A DNA stretch of 64,000 nt from Candidatus Omnitrophota bacterium (GTDB lineage Bacteria > Omnitrophota > Omnitrophia > Omnitrophales > Aquincolibacteriaceae): contig JAKJDL010000001.1 of NCBI GenBank assembly GCA_022705945.1, positions 227,582-291,581 on the forward strand. Reading direction: 5' to 3'. This document shows, piece by piece, positions 9,421 to 19,291 of the stretch. The stretch's first letter is position 1. Each line of letters begins with the position of its first letter. The notes under the pieces are model-generated. The model saw only the letters and a program-made list of their open reading frames with translations. It made no database searches and was not told where the DNA came from. Made by a program: the position numbers and the translations under genes.

Positions 9421-10710
9421 CTAAATCTTTTCCAGGGTTGCCAGAAAAAAGCCGTCGGTCCCGCTTTCAACGGGCCAAAGCTTAAAAAAATCCCCCCCCT
9501 GCTCCCCGCAGGGGATCTTTCGCATTTCAGGGTGAACCGAAAGAACCTTTTGTACCACTCCCTCATTCTCAACGGGCTCAAGAGAACACGTGACGTAATA
9601 CAGTCTGCCGTTTTTCTTGAGATATGGCAAAGCTTTTTCGATGATGCTGAATTGCTCCGCGGGAAGATTCGTGAGCCAGCTTTCATCAATCCGCCATTTG
9701 GCATCGGGATTCCGGCTGAAAGTCCCGGTGCCGGAACAGGGCGCGTCGACAAGGATCTTGTCAAACCCCTTTTGGGCCGACGTCAGCTCATTCATGCGGC
9801 CCAGATCCGCCGGAAAAATATTGAACGCGCCGGCGCGTTTGGCGCGCTTTTTGATCTCATCCAGTTTATAGGTTCTCAGGTCGGTCGCGACGATCCTGCC
9901 TTTATTCCCCATGATCGCCGCAAGCGAAAGACTTTTCCCGCCTCCTCCCGCGCAGACGTCCCAGATAATTTCTCCCGGTCTGACTTCCATTTTTTGACAA
10001 ACAAGCTGGCTTCCCTCGTCTTGGATCTCAAACCATCCGTCCCTGAAAGCTTCCGTATCAAGTATATTCTTGCGTTCATTCAGGATCACCCCGCACGAGG
10101 ATCTCAAAGTCCGCTCGGCACAAAGACCCCGGCGCTTAAACCACTCCAAAAGCTCTTCACGATCGATCTTCAGGGTGTTGGTCCTTATAACAAGCCTCGG
10201 TCTTTTATGAAAGAATGCGAGCAGGTTTTCCGTCCCGGTAAATCCATAACGCTCTACCCATCGGCGGACAAGCCAGAGAGGAAAAGAGTAAAGAAGCGCG
10301 AGCGACTCCTCCGGAGAAGCAGGATTGTGATTCGGCGGAAGATCGTGGCTCCGGATAAACCCGTATGCTTTTTCCGGTATCTTGAACTCCCTCAAACCTT
10401 CCGCTTCCAAGAGACCTTCTTTGGCCGCCGACAGGGCGCAAAAAAATTCATCTCCCGCGGCTCCGTTCATTGCGCTATTCCCGTCAAGTTCCGTAGCCCA
10501 AGCCTCCAGGAAGCTCTTATTCCTGAACGCGCCGTAGATTGTCTCAGAAATAAACCGCCGGTCACGGGAACCGATTTTTTTTCGGTTGTGAAAAAAATAC
10601 CGGCTGAGAAAGCGATCTGCGGGAATCGGGTCCTGCCGGACACCGCGCCACAGCTCCGCCGCGAGACGAAGCTGGGACCGGATCATCCGGCCCGATTTTT
10701 CATCTTTCAT
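9421..10710 (-). CDS. rsmB: 16S rRNA m5C967 methyltransferase, RsmB/Sun (NOL1/NOP2) family.
   Basis: FDKILVDAPCSGTGTFSRNPDAKWR, with catalytic Cys and the SAM site, and an N-terminal NusB-like domain. Confidence 0.85.
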   Translation of the reverse strand: MKDEKSGRMIRSQLRLAAELWRGVRQDPIPADRFLSRYFFHNRKKIGSRDRRFISETIYGAFRNKSFLEAWATELDGNSAMNGAAGDEFFCALSAAKEGLLEAEGLREFKIPEKAYGFIRSHDLPPNHNPASPEESLALLYSFPLWLVRRWVERYGFTGTENLLAFFHKRPRLVIRTNTLKIDREELLEWFKRRGLCAERTLRSSCGVILNERKNILDTEAFRDGWFEIQDEGSQLVCQKMEVRPGEIIWDVCAGGGGKSLSLAAIMGNKGRIVATDLRTYKLDEIKKRAKRAGAFNIFPADLGRMNELTSAQKGFDKILVDAPCSGTGTFSRNPDAKWRIDESWLTNLPAEQFSIIEKALPYLKKNGRLYYVTCSLEPVENEGVVQKVLSVHPEMRKIPCGEQGGDFFKLWPVESGTDGFFLATLEKI

Positions 10711-10793
10711 GGACCTTTCTTTTCCTCCTTAAAACAAAAAGGCCTGATCGTGGAGATCAGGCCTTTTGTTGATCTACGGGTCCCAACAAAATT

Positions 10794-11234
10794 CTATCTG
10801 TTCTCTTCTCCTGCGCGGAGGATTCTCTGACGGATATCGGACTCCCGCTCAAAACGGTTCTGCCTCGACACATCCAGGGTCTTCTGCGCCGCAAGCATTT
10901 GCCCTTGAATATCCGGTTCCTTATCGTTTTTCCGGGCATTCACATAGGCGTCCGTCGCACTCCACAAATGGTTGGCCAGGAGCGGTCCCGCCCCTGCCCA
11001 GACAATTGCACCTCCGGGGACAAAACCAAGGATTACTGTCGCCGTGATGGCGGCAACTTCAATGCCGGCCATGATCTTGGTTTTCGTAGTGCCGAATTGA
11101 TCGTTCATAGTCTGCCCCGTGGTCGGAAGCAAAAGCGACGCCCCGAACTCCTTCACGCCGGCCGCAAATGCCGAAGGGGTTGCCAGCGAAACCGCCAGGA
11201 ATAATACCAAAGCATAAAAGGATATCTTTTTCAT
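10794..11234 (-). CDS. Hypothetical secreted protein.
   Basis: AAGGAG RBS and signal peptide MKKISFYALVLFLAVSLATPSAFA. The C-terminal half is charged. No family recognised. Confidence 0.45.
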   Translation of the reverse strand: MKKISFYALVLFLAVSLATPSAFAAGVKEFGASLLLPTTGQTMNDQFGTTKTKIMAGIEVAAITATVILGFVPGGAIVWAGAGPLLANHLWSATDAYVNARKNDKEPDIQGQMLAAQKTLDVSRQNRFERESDIRQRILRAGEENR

Positions 11235-11394
11235 GGATGAATCTCCTTGATTGAACATATTTCCGCATCCTTCTTAACGGTCAAAACCATTAAAACCTTA
11301 AGCTTATTCGAACGGGCGAACCCGACGTTCAGAGACTTCTGAAATGAATCGATTCCATCCTGACCGACGGGCTGTTTGAGCCGAAGGCGCCCTC

Positions 11395-12912
11395 TTATTT
11401 TGAAAAACTTTCACTGCTCCAGCTTGAAAGAACTTCAGCCAAAAGCCGGACACCGAAGCCGGTGGCGCCTTTGGGGCAATCATACCGGTTCTTGCCGAGA
11501 TAAGCGGTCCCCGCGATGTCAAGATGAACCCACGGCGTCTTGACCGGAACGAATTCTTTCAGAAACATGGTCGCCGTGATCGTGCCCGCGTAACCGTCTC
11601 CCGTATTATTGATATCCGAGTGATTTCCCTTGATCGCATCCGCATAATCGTCCCAGAGGGGCAGTTGCCAACAACGTTCTCCTGTCTTTTCCCCCGCCTC
11701 GCGGACCGCATCGATCAGCTTTTGATCGTTTCCGAGGATTGCGCTGGTTTTATCACCAAAGGTAAGGTGGCATAGCCCGGTCAACGTAGCCAGGTCGATG
11801 ATGGCATCAGGCTTGTATTCCTTACAATAAGAGAGCGCATCCGCGAGGATCAGCCGGCCTTCGGCGTCCGTATTGATCACTTCAACGGTTTTCCCGTTAT
11901 ACATTTTGATAATGTCGCCCGGACGCTGGGGATCATTCGCGACGTTGTTCTCAACACAAGGAGCGAGACCGACAACATGAAGCGGAAGCTTCAGGTCAGC
12001 CACAAGGCCCATGGTTACAATCACGGCGATCGCGCCCGATTTGTCGAATTTCATTTCTTCCATGCCTTTTGGCGGCTTGATCGAGATCCCGCCCGTATCA
12101 AAAGTGACTCCTTTCCCGACGACGCAGACAGTTCCGTTTTCCTTATACTGTTCCCCGTGCTCCAGAATGATCAAAGCCGGGGGTGTAATGCTGCCCCGGT
12201 TCACGGCCAGAATGCCGTTCATCCCGAGTTTTTTAAGCTCCGCAAGGCCGAGGACTTTGCACCGGAGCCCCTTTTCTTTGGCCAGCATTCTGGATTCTTC
12301 CGCCAAACGCGGCGGATTTATGACGTTGGCGGGCTCGTTATTCAGATCACGGGCCTTGATCACCGCCCGGGCGATCTTTTCCGCGCGCGAAACAACGGGT
12401 TTCAGCTCCGCGGCATCTTTTTTATCCACGAAAGCCAGCTCGATCACATCGGGAAATTTGGGAAGTTCAGCCTTCCCGGTTGTCTTGTAGCGCAGGAACC
12501 GGTAAGCCGCAAGATTCATCGTCTCAACGAAAATCGGGGTGGCTTCTTTTGCCTCGAGACTGTCCGAAAGAAACGTATCCAAAACCACGCGGACCTTATT
12601 GGCTTTTTTCACGCTCGCTATTTCGACAATCCTTCCGGCAATCTTTCGCAGAACCGCCGGCTTCAGGTCTTTTTTCTCACCCAGCCCTAAAACGATCACC
12701 TCGGACGCGAGACGGTTTGACGGATGAAACAGCGTGAAAGAATCCTGGGCTTTGCCCGTAAAACGTTCTTTTTTTATGGCGGCTTCGAAAACTTTGGCAA
12801 ACAAAGGTTCTATTTTTTTGATAGGGTTAAGATTTTTCTCTCCCTTGAAGAACCCCGTGAAGAGAATATCCGCTTTTGTGCTGCCTTTTATAGGAACTAA
12901 AACCGTTTTCAT
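11395..12912 (-). CDS. pepA: Leucyl (cytosol) aminopeptidase, M17 family.
   Basis: M17 signature NTDAEGRLILADAL, and the metal ligands DxxK...DxE context. Confidence 0.9.
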   Translation of the reverse strand: MKTVLVPIKGSTKADILFTGFFKGEKNLNPIKKIEPLFAKVFEAAIKKERFTGKAQDSFTLFHPSNRLASEVIVLGLGEKKDLKPAVLRKIAGRIVEIASVKKANKVRVVLDTFLSDSLEAKEATPIFVETMNLAAYRFLRYKTTGKAELPKFPDVIELAFVDKKDAAELKPVVSRAEKIARAVIKARDLNNEPANVINPPRLAEESRMLAKEKGLRCKVLGLAELKKLGMNGILAVNRGSITPPALIILEHGEQYKENGTVCVVGKGVTFDTGGISIKPPKGMEEMKFDKSGAIAVIVTMGLVADLKLPLHVVGLAPCVENNVANDPQRPGDIIKMYNGKTVEVINTDAEGRLILADALSYCKEYKPDAIIDLATLTGLCHLTFGDKTSAILGNDQKLIDAVREAGEKTGERCWQLPLWDDYADAIKGNHSDINNTGDGYAGTITATMFLKEFVPVKTPWVHLDIAGTAYLGKNRYDCPKGATGFGVRLLAEVLSSWSSESFSK

Positions 12913-12931
12913 CGTATAACCTCCCTGATGA

Positions 12932-13285
12932 TCATTTCATGATGAATAGTCTAAAAGCTATCACTACAAGAAAAACAGCGAAAATGCGGCGAAGCAAAAT
13001 AGCATCCATGCCGATCGACAATTTCGTACCGAACCAGACCCCGAGAACGCTGAAGATTCCCATCAAAATCGCAACCTTGGGATCTACCATGCCCTCCCGG
13101 TGGTGGAAAAAAGCACCAAACAGCCCGGTAAAAACGATCGTCAAAAGAGATGTCCCGACCGCCTGGTGGACGTTCATCCCCTTGAGCATGATCATCAGAG
13201 GGATGTAAACCGTTCCTCCTCCCACACCGAGGAGGCCTCCCATGAATCCGCCCATCAAACCGATCGCTGCCGTGATCCAATCCAT
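12932..13285 (-). CDS. Half-size TSUP (TauE/SafE sulfite-exporter family) membrane protein. Single 4-TM repeat, 117 aa.
   Basis: GGLLGVGGGTVYIPLM and GTSLLTIVFTGLFGAFFH are TSUP repeat motifs. Only one of the usual two repeats is present. Confidence 0.65.
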   Translation of the reverse strand: MDWITAAIGLMGGFMGGLLGVGGGTVYIPLMIMLKGMNVHQAVGTSLLTIVFTGLFGAFFHHREGMVDPKVAILMGIFSVLGVWFGTKLSIGMDAILLRRIFAVFLVVIAFRLFIMK

Positions 13286-13421
13286 ATTTTTCCTAGATCC
13301 GGGACCCGCCTCTCGCCCGTCTGAGCCCCGGAAAGGGGATCTGGTCGTCTAACTCTCTCACGGAGAACTCGTAACTGCTTTCAAAACGAGTCCCGAGATT
13401 CGAGATACGAGTCCCCGGTGT

Positions 13422-13898
13422 TTAATGCCCCGCCCTGTTCAGCGCGATATTAACGAGCCGGTCGACATGCCTGATCTTTCCGTGCTCGCGAGGAAGATTG
13501 AAATAACTGACCCGCTTAAATTTTTTCTCTTTTTCTTTCACTTGTGCGAACAGGGATTTCAGGTGCTCAGCCTTCAGTTTGTAAATCCCCGAAAGCTGCT
13601 TGGCCACAAGCTCGCTGTCCGTAAAATAGTCGATCTCATCGGCTCCTGTCTCGCATGCTACGGTCATGGCCCGGATCACCGCGGTATATTCGGCCACATT
13701 GTTCGTCGTCTCCCCAATCAATTCTCCGTGCTCAGCAATCTTTCCGCCGTCAGGTCCCAGGATCAGAAAACCAATAGCGGCAGGACCGGGATTCCCCCGC
13801 GCGCCGCCATCGGAGTAAATGGTCAGCTTCCGGGAGGATAACGCTCGACGGGAGGAGGGTGTTGAATTCACGCGATTTTGTTTCGCTCCATCCGTCAT
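13422..13898 (-). CDS. rnhA: Ribonuclease HI.
   Basis: IYSDGGARGNPGPAAIGF...TNNVAEYTAVIRAM...YFTDSELV carries the DEDD RNase H catalytic motifs. Confidence 0.8.
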   Translation of the reverse strand: MTDGAKQNRVNSTPSSRRALSSRKLTIYSDGGARGNPGPAAIGFLILGPDGGKIAEHGELIGETTNNVAEYTAVIRAMTVACETGADEIDYFTDSELVAKQLSGIYKLKAEHLKSLFAQVKEKEKKFKRVSYFNLPREHGKIRHVDRLVNIALNRAGH

Positions 13899-13901
13899 CC
13901 G

Positions 13902-14588
13902 CTATCCATTCCCCGACTTTTGGGTTTGCCGGCTCTTGTGATATGTCTCGATCCGGTCCACTTCCTTTTGAAGGGCGCGAAGCCGGTTCTTGAGCTCTTT
14001 GACCGGATCCGGCAGGTCTCCGTGATCAAGGTCGATTTCTTCGGGTTTCTTGCCGTCGATACGGACGATCTCGCCCGGAACGCCGACAACGGTGCAATAA
14101 TCGGGCACGGGATGGATCACGACCGAACCGCCGCCCACTTTCACGTGATTCCCGATCCTTATGTTGCCGAGCACCTTCGCCCCAACGCCGACTACAACGT
14201 TATTGCCAATCGTCGGATGACGCTTCCCTCGTTCCTTGCCGGTCCCCCCGAGCGTGACCCCCTGATAAATCGTGACGTTCTCGCCAATAATCGTCGTTTC
14301 CCCGATCACAACCCCCATGCCGTGATCGATGAAAAATCCGGGACCAATCCGGGCTCCGGGGTGGATCTCGACGCCGGTCAGGAAACGCGCTATCTGCGAG
14401 ATCAGCCTTGGAATGAAAGGAATATGGAGACGGTGGAGCAAGTGGGCAAACCGATAGACCAAAACGGCATGAAAACCGGAATAAAGAAAAATAACTTCAA
14501 GAACCCCGAGCGGCGTCCTTGCGGCCGGATCACGGTCAAAGCAAGCCTTGAAATCCCGGAAAATTCTGTAGAAAGGAAAGTGTTTCAT
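13902..14588 (-). CDS. cysE: Serine O-acetyltransferase.
   Basis: SAT N-terminal helix region plus hexapeptide repeats [41 protein letters not shown]. Confidence 0.9.
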   Translation of the reverse strand: MKHFPFYRIFRDFKACFDRDPAARTPLGVLEVIFLYSGFHAVLVYRFAHLLHRLHIPFIPRLISQIARFLTGVEIHPGARIGPGFFIDHGMGVVIGETTIIGENVTIYQGVTLGGTGKERGKRHPTIGNNVVVGVGAKVLGNIRIGNHVKVGGGSVVIHPVPDYCTVVGVPGEIVRIDGKKPEEIDLDHGDLPDPVKELKNRLRALQKEVDRIETYHKSRQTQKSGNG

Positions 14589-14706
14589 GACAGGCGGTAT
14601 TATTTCAGATTATGCAAGGTTGGTCAATCAAGCGGATGGCATCGTCGCATCCGTTTTTACTCCCGCCGCCATCCGTCCAGCACTATCCGGCTTTTCTGGT
14701 TTTCAT

Positions 14707-15801
14707 CTATACCGAAAAACGGAAAAGCATGGTGTCGCCGTCCTGAACAACGTAATCCTTGCCTTCGATCCGGAGCAGGCCTTTTTCCTTAACGGCGGCG
14801 GCGGTTTTGTATTGAAGAAGGTCTTCGCAGCGCATGACTTCGGCCCGAATAAAACCACGTTCAAAATCCGAGTGGATCACACCGGCCGCCTCGGGAGCTT
14901 TTGCGCCGTTACGGACGGTCCAGGCACGCACCTCTTTTTCTCCGGCGGTAAAATAGGTAATGAGATTGAGAGCCCTGTATCCGGCCCGGATCAGGGAATA
15001 GAGCCCCGGCTCCGCAAGCCCAAGCTCCTTCAGGAACGCTTGTTGGTCGTCTTCCGAGAGATCGATAAGCTCGGATTCGACTTTCCCGGAGATCACGACC
15101 ACTTCCGCGCCTTCCTCGGTTGCCTTCTTCCGGACCGCTTCGACATGCCTGCCGCCCGCGGGAAGATCGGTTTCGGCGACATTTGCACCGTAGAGCACAG
15201 TCTTCAAGGTAAGGAAGGCCATATCCTTGATCAGTTTTTTCTCCTCATCCGAAAATCCTGCACGCCGCAGAGGGATGCCTTCTTCCAGGGTTTTTTTGAC
15301 CCGTTCATAAATCGGTATCTTTTCTTTCGCTTCCTTGTCCCCCGACCGCGCGAGCTTTGCGGTCTTGTCAAAGCGGGCGCTGATCGTATCGAGGTCTTTC
15401 AGGCAAAGTTCCGTATCGATGACCTCAATGTCGCGCACGGGATCGACCGTCGATCCGACATGAACAATGTTCGGATCCTCAAAACACCGGACCACATGAA
15501 GGATCGCCTCGACCTCCTTGATGTGCCCGAGAAATTGATTTCCGAGCCCCTCGCCTTTTGAAGCGCCGGCCACAAGTCCCGCAATGTCATAGAACTCAAC
15601 CATCGTGGGCGTAGTCTTCTGGGGGTTATAAAGTTTGGAAATTTCACTCAGGCGCGGATCCGGTACCGGCACCATGCCGACGTTCGGCTCGATGGTGCAG
15701 AAAGGATAGTTCGACGCCGCGACATGCGCCCTGGCGAGTGCGTTGAAGATCGTGGATTTACCGACGTTGGGGAGCCCAACAATACCGCATCGAAAGCCCA
15801 T
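14707..15801 (-). CDS. ychF: Ribosome-binding ATPase YchF (Obg-family GTPase).
   Basis: MGFRCGIVGLPNVGKSTIFNALA, with its P-loop, and the C-terminal TGS domain. Confidence 0.9.
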   Translation of the reverse strand: MGFRCGIVGLPNVGKSTIFNALARAHVAASNYPFCTIEPNVGMVPVPDPRLSEISKLYNPQKTTPTMVEFYDIAGLVAGASKGEGLGNQFLGHIKEVEAILHVVRCFEDPNIVHVGSTVDPVRDIEVIDTELCLKDLDTISARFDKTAKLARSGDKEAKEKIPIYERVKKTLEEGIPLRRAGFSDEEKKLIKDMAFLTLKTVLYGANVAETDLPAGGRHVEAVRKKATEEGAEVVVISGKVESELIDLSEDDQQAFLKELGLAEPGLYSLIRAGYRALNLITYFTAGEKEVRAWTVRNGAKAPEAAGVIHSDFERGFIRAEVMRCEDLLQYKTAAAVKEKGLLRIEGKDYVVQDGDTMLFRFSV

Positions 15802-15862
15802 AACGGGAGGAGACTATAACAGAGGCCGTCAGATATTTCCATGGGAAAAACGAAAAACCTTG

Positions 15863-15891
15863 TTGACAATATTATAATATATGCATATATT
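15863..15891 (+). promoter_or_regulatory. Candidate sigma70 promoter: TTGACA, 17-nt spacer, TATATT.
   Basis: ttgaca at 15863-15868 and tatatt at 15886-15891 with 17-nt spacing, in an AT-rich stretch upstream of the 15923 start. Confidence 0.4.
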
Positions 15892-15922
15892 TTATGATAT
15901 ATATGAATATATGGAGGTTCTC

Positions 15923-17611
15923 ATGCTCGGCTCCAAGAACACAAAATGGATTTTACTTATCCCCCTGCTAGCAACTGCGGGCTTCCACGCTTACTCTGCG
16001 TCCGCGGAATGGCAGCGCCCCTTGCAACCTTCGTTCTCGGGAGGAGACCTTGTCTGCCTGACCGCTCATCCTCAAAAACATTCCGGATTCCTTATTGCAA
16101 ACAATTCCCAGCTTTTTGAAGGTTCCTCTTCTTCGGGCTGGAAAATGCTATGGTCGGGGGCCGGCAAAAAAGAGGGTATCGTAAAGGTTTTCACGGACCC
16201 TTCTTTTCCCGATCACGCTTTTTTGCTGACTTCCGGGACAATCTTTAAGGGAAATCTTTTACTAAACTCGTGGGAAACTGTTTATCGGAGCGGAAACAGC
16301 GCGGATAAGAAACCCCTTTCTTTCGCCGTAGATCCCGAAAATCCCTCCCGGTGGTTCGCGGGGACCTCCGGAGGGCTTTGGGTGACTCTCAACGCCGGCA
16401 AAGACTGGGCACGATCCGGGCTTGTCTCGGACTCGGAAGCGGTAAAGCTGCTTAATTTTACGGAGAATGGTCTTCTGATAGGAAGCAACACGATCTTGCG
16501 TCTTTCACTGCTAGATTCGGAACCTCAAATAGTTTTTGAACTCCCGCCAAGATCTCTGGAATTTCCGGGTGGAACCGAAACGGACGATGAAGAGGAATTC
16601 CTATACGCCTCACGGCTTTTTGAACTGATTAAAATCCCGGGCCGGGCAAATCATTTTTTCCTGGGAACTGACGAAGGCGTTTTTGAAAGTTCGGACGGCG
16701 GACACAGCTGGGAGCCCCTTCCTCAGAGCGGTCTCCAAAGCACCAAAGTCTTGGGGTTGGCTTACTCCGGCAAAACAGCCTCCTTGTTTGCCGCAACACC
16801 TCGCGGCACCTATCGTTATCATCCGGACAAAGAATCCTGGCAGGTTCTTTCTGACGGGCTTGCAAAAGCTTATACAAAAAGCCTGGCGGTTGTTAACGAT
16901 TCGGTTCTGATCGGAATTACCGGAGACGGGTTCGTTGAATATCCCGTTGCACCGGAACCGCCGGCTTCCCTGCCCATGCAGATCTTCATGCCCGAAGCCG
17001 AAACACTTGAGTTATTGAAAAAACTTATTTCCCTGGAACCTTCTTCCAGGGACATCCACAACGCCGTGATCCGTTACGCGGACGTTTCAAACGGTAAGAT
17101 CAAGAGGTGGCATGCCGAGTCCCGCCTTGCGATGCTTGTTCCGAAATTCACTTTCAACAAAAGTTCCTCCGGCCATAACACGATCGATCTGGACCGGGGC
17201 AGCACCAACGATCCGGACAAATACATTCTTGGCCCCGAATCTTTCAGCAACAGCGCCTACCGGACAATCAGCTGGGATCTTGGCGACGCGATCTACAGTT
17301 CGGCTCAAACCTCGATCGACTCCCGCGGGAAACTCATGGTGGAGCTGAGGCAGGACCTGCTTTCGGAAGCAACACGAATTTACTACGAGCGGCGTCGCCT
17401 TCAGATCGATATCGTTTACGAACCCTCCCCGTCCGAGCAGAAACACCTCGACCGCCTGATCCGTCTCGACGAACTGACCGCGCTCCTCGACGCAATGACG
17501 GACGGGTTCCTTTCAAAACGTCTGGAGGAAATTTATGAACGCAACGTCGAGCTGAACGGGTTGTGGATTTATTGCTTCAAGGCAGAAAGGGGCTTGCCCC
17601 CGGGGACCTAG
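15923..17611 (+). CDS. Secreted BNR/Asp-box-repeat (beta-propeller, Ycf48/sortilin-like) protein with a C-terminal domain of unknown function.
   Basis: GGAGG RBS and signal peptide MLGSKNTKWILLIPLLATAGFHAYSASA. BNR-like motifs SDGGHSW, AGKDW and GTSGGLW are present. Confidence 0.5.
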   Translation: MLGSKNTKWILLIPLLATAGFHAYSASAEWQRPLQPSFSGGDLVCLTAHPQKHSGFLIANNSQLFEGSSSSGWKMLWSGAGKKEGIVKVFTDPSFPDHAFLLTSGTIFKGNLLLNSWETVYRSGNSADKKPLSFAVDPENPSRWFAGTSGGLWVTLNAGKDWARSGLVSDSEAVKLLNFTENGLLIGSNTILRLSLLDSEPQIVFELPPRSLEFPGGTETDDEEEFLYASRLFELIKIPGRANHFFLGTDEGVFESSDGGHSWEPLPQSGLQSTKVLGLAYSGKTASLFAATPRGTYRYHPDKESWQVLSDGLAKAYTKSLAVVNDSVLIGITGDGFVEYPVAPEPPASLPMQIFMPEAETLELLKKLISLEPSSRDIHNAVIRYADVSNGKIKRWHAESRLAMLVPKFTFNKSSSGHNTIDLDRGSTNDPDKYILGPESFSNSAYRTISWDLGDAIYSSAQTSIDSRGKLMVELRQDLLSEATRIYYERRRLQIDIVYEPSPSEQKHLDRLIRLDELTALLDAMTDGFLSKRLEEIYERNVELNGLWIYCFKAERGLPPGT

Positions 17612-17657
17612 AATCCGCAAAACTCAAACGAACAAACAAACCAAAACGGAGACAGCC

Positions 17658-18110
17658 ATGACAGAAGGGAACAAGAGCAAACCAATCACTAGCTTCAAAG
17701 ATCTGGTTATATGGAAAACGGGGAAGGAGCTCGCGGCGGATATATACCGGATCACCCAATCATTCCCTCAGGAAGAGCGGTTTGGGTTAACGGACCAAAT
17801 GCGACGAACTTCCGTTTCAATCCCAAGCAATATCGCGGAAGGATTTAACCGGAAATATTCTACCGATTACAAGAAATTCCTTTATATGGCGCTCGGTTTC
17901 TGCGGAGAACTGGATACTCAACTGGAAATTGCCTTAATGCTCCGGTTAACAAATCCGGCGCAAATCCAAAAGGTCGTCGAAAAAATCAGCCATGAATCCG
18001 GAATGCTAAGAAAACTTCTTGAAAAAATTGAAGCCTCTATAAAAGAACGGAAGGGTTTGAAACAAAAAACAAGTTTCGAGGCTCCGGGGGCGAGTCCCGA
18101 TCAGACTTGA
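17658..18110 (+). CDS. Four-helix-bundle protein (TIGR02436; 23S rRNA intervening-sequence protein family).
   Basis: FKDLVIWKTGKELAADIYRITQSFPQEERFGLTDQMRRTSVSIPSNIAEGFNR matches the conserved family pattern. Confidence 0.7.
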   Translation: MTEGNKSKPITSFKDLVIWKTGKELAADIYRITQSFPQEERFGLTDQMRRTSVSIPSNIAEGFNRKYSTDYKKFLYMALGFCGELDTQLEIALMLRLTNPAQIQKVVEKISHESGMLRKLLEKIEASIKERKGLKQKTSFEAPGASPDQT

Positions 18111-19159
18111 CGCATCGAGCGATCCAGCCTTAATTGTCCGCAAGCGGCTTCCGCATCTAGACCGGCGCTTTTACGGAAGGTTGAACGCACGCCGGACTTT
18201 TCAAGAGTTTCCCGGAAAAGCATCATGCGTTCCCTAGACGGTGTTTCCCAGGCAATCTCCCGTATCGGGTTGTAGGGGATCAGATTAAGCTTGGCCCGGA
18301 GAGGTTTCGCAATACCCGCAACCGCTTTCGCGTCCTCCCTGGAATCGTTCACCCCGGCAATCAGGGTATATTCGAATGTGATATCCCGTTTCAGGACCTG
18401 ATGGACCTTTTTCAATTCGGCAAGAAGTCCGGGGAGAGGATATTTCCTGTTATAGGGGATGAGCTTGCTTCGCGTTTCATCCGCCGGGGCATGAAGGGAG
18501 ACCGAAAGACGGATCTTTCCGTCGGTCCGTTTGACAAATTCATAAATCTTGTCCGTTACACCGCACGTCGAAAGCGTGATCTTGCGCCCTCCCATTTCAA
18601 AACCCCATTGCGCCGTCAGAATGTCGAGCGCCTTTATGACTTCCTCAAAATTCTCAAGGGGTTCCCCCATCCCCATAAAAACAACGTTCGTGATCTTGCG
18701 GCCGGATTTTTTCGCGATCCAGACTATCTGTTCGATAATTTCTCCCGCCGTGAGGTTACGAAGGAATCCGCCTTTCCCGCTTGCGCAAAAAGTACAACGG
18801 ACAGGACAGCCAAGCTGACTGGAAACGCAGACCGTTTCGCGTTCCCGTTGGCCGACAGGCTCTCTTTGAGAGGAGATCAGGACACTTTCAAGCAAGTGCC
18901 CGTCACTGGTCCGAAACAGATATTTTGAAGATGTTTCACCGAGGCAGGTCGCATCTTCCTCCATTTGAAGCGCGGTGAGTGCGTATTTTTTTTCCAGCTC
19001 CCCAAGAAGATCTTTCGGGAGGTTCTTTATCTCGTCCCAATCGAGAATATGTTTCTTGTAGAGCCAGTCGAGGATCTGGGCAGCGCGAAATTTCGGAAAC
19101 CCGAGGGATATAACGAGGGCTTCAGCTTCAGTTTGGGTCAGACCGTATAAGCTTTTCAT
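18101..19159 (-). CDS. rlmN: 23S rRNA/tRNA adenine-C2 methyltransferase RlmN (radical SAM).
   Basis: CVSSQLGCPVRCTFCASG (CxxxCxxC), GMGEPLEN, and the C-terminal catalytic Cys region. Confidence 0.9.
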   Translation of the reverse strand: MKSLYGLTQTEAEALVISLGFPKFRAAQILDWLYKKHILDWDEIKNLPKDLLGELEKKYALTALQMEEDATCLGETSSKYLFRTSDGHLLESVLISSQREPVGQRERETVCVSSQLGCPVRCTFCASGKGGFLRNLTAGEIIEQIVWIAKKSGRKITNVVFMGMGEPLENFEEVIKALDILTAQWGFEMGGRKITLSTCGVTDKIYEFVKRTDGKIRLSVSLHAPADETRSKLIPYNRKYPLPGLLAELKKVHQVLKRDITFEYTLIAGVNDSREDAKAVAGIAKPLRAKLNLIPYNPIREIAWETPSRERMMLFRETLEKSGVRSTFRKSAGLDAEAACGQLRLDRSMRQV

Positions 19160-19291
19160 TTCTTATCCTTCGCGCGACACACAACGGTCAACCCGCGGGG
19201 CAAGATTTCGGCCTTCATCACCAGGCATTGCGCATTAAGCGGCCAAAGGACCCGTGTGCGCATAAGTTGGAAAAACAACGAGAAAAGCGGG

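Noticed and set aside
9367-10830. 487-aa + strand ORF.
   Set aside because: Antisense to rsmB, which has clear NOL1/NOP2 motifs on the minus strand.
11977-12690. 237-aa + strand ORF.
   Set aside because: Antisense to pepA.
13878-15561. Two + strand ORFs of 304 and 324 aa.
   Set aside because: Antisense to cysE and ychF respectively, typical high-GC shadow ORFs.
15863-15878. TTGACA followed 4 nt later by TATAAT upstream of the 15923 gene.
   Set aside because: The spacing is far too short for a sigma70 promoter. TTGACA with the TATATT hexamer 17 nt downstream was used instead.
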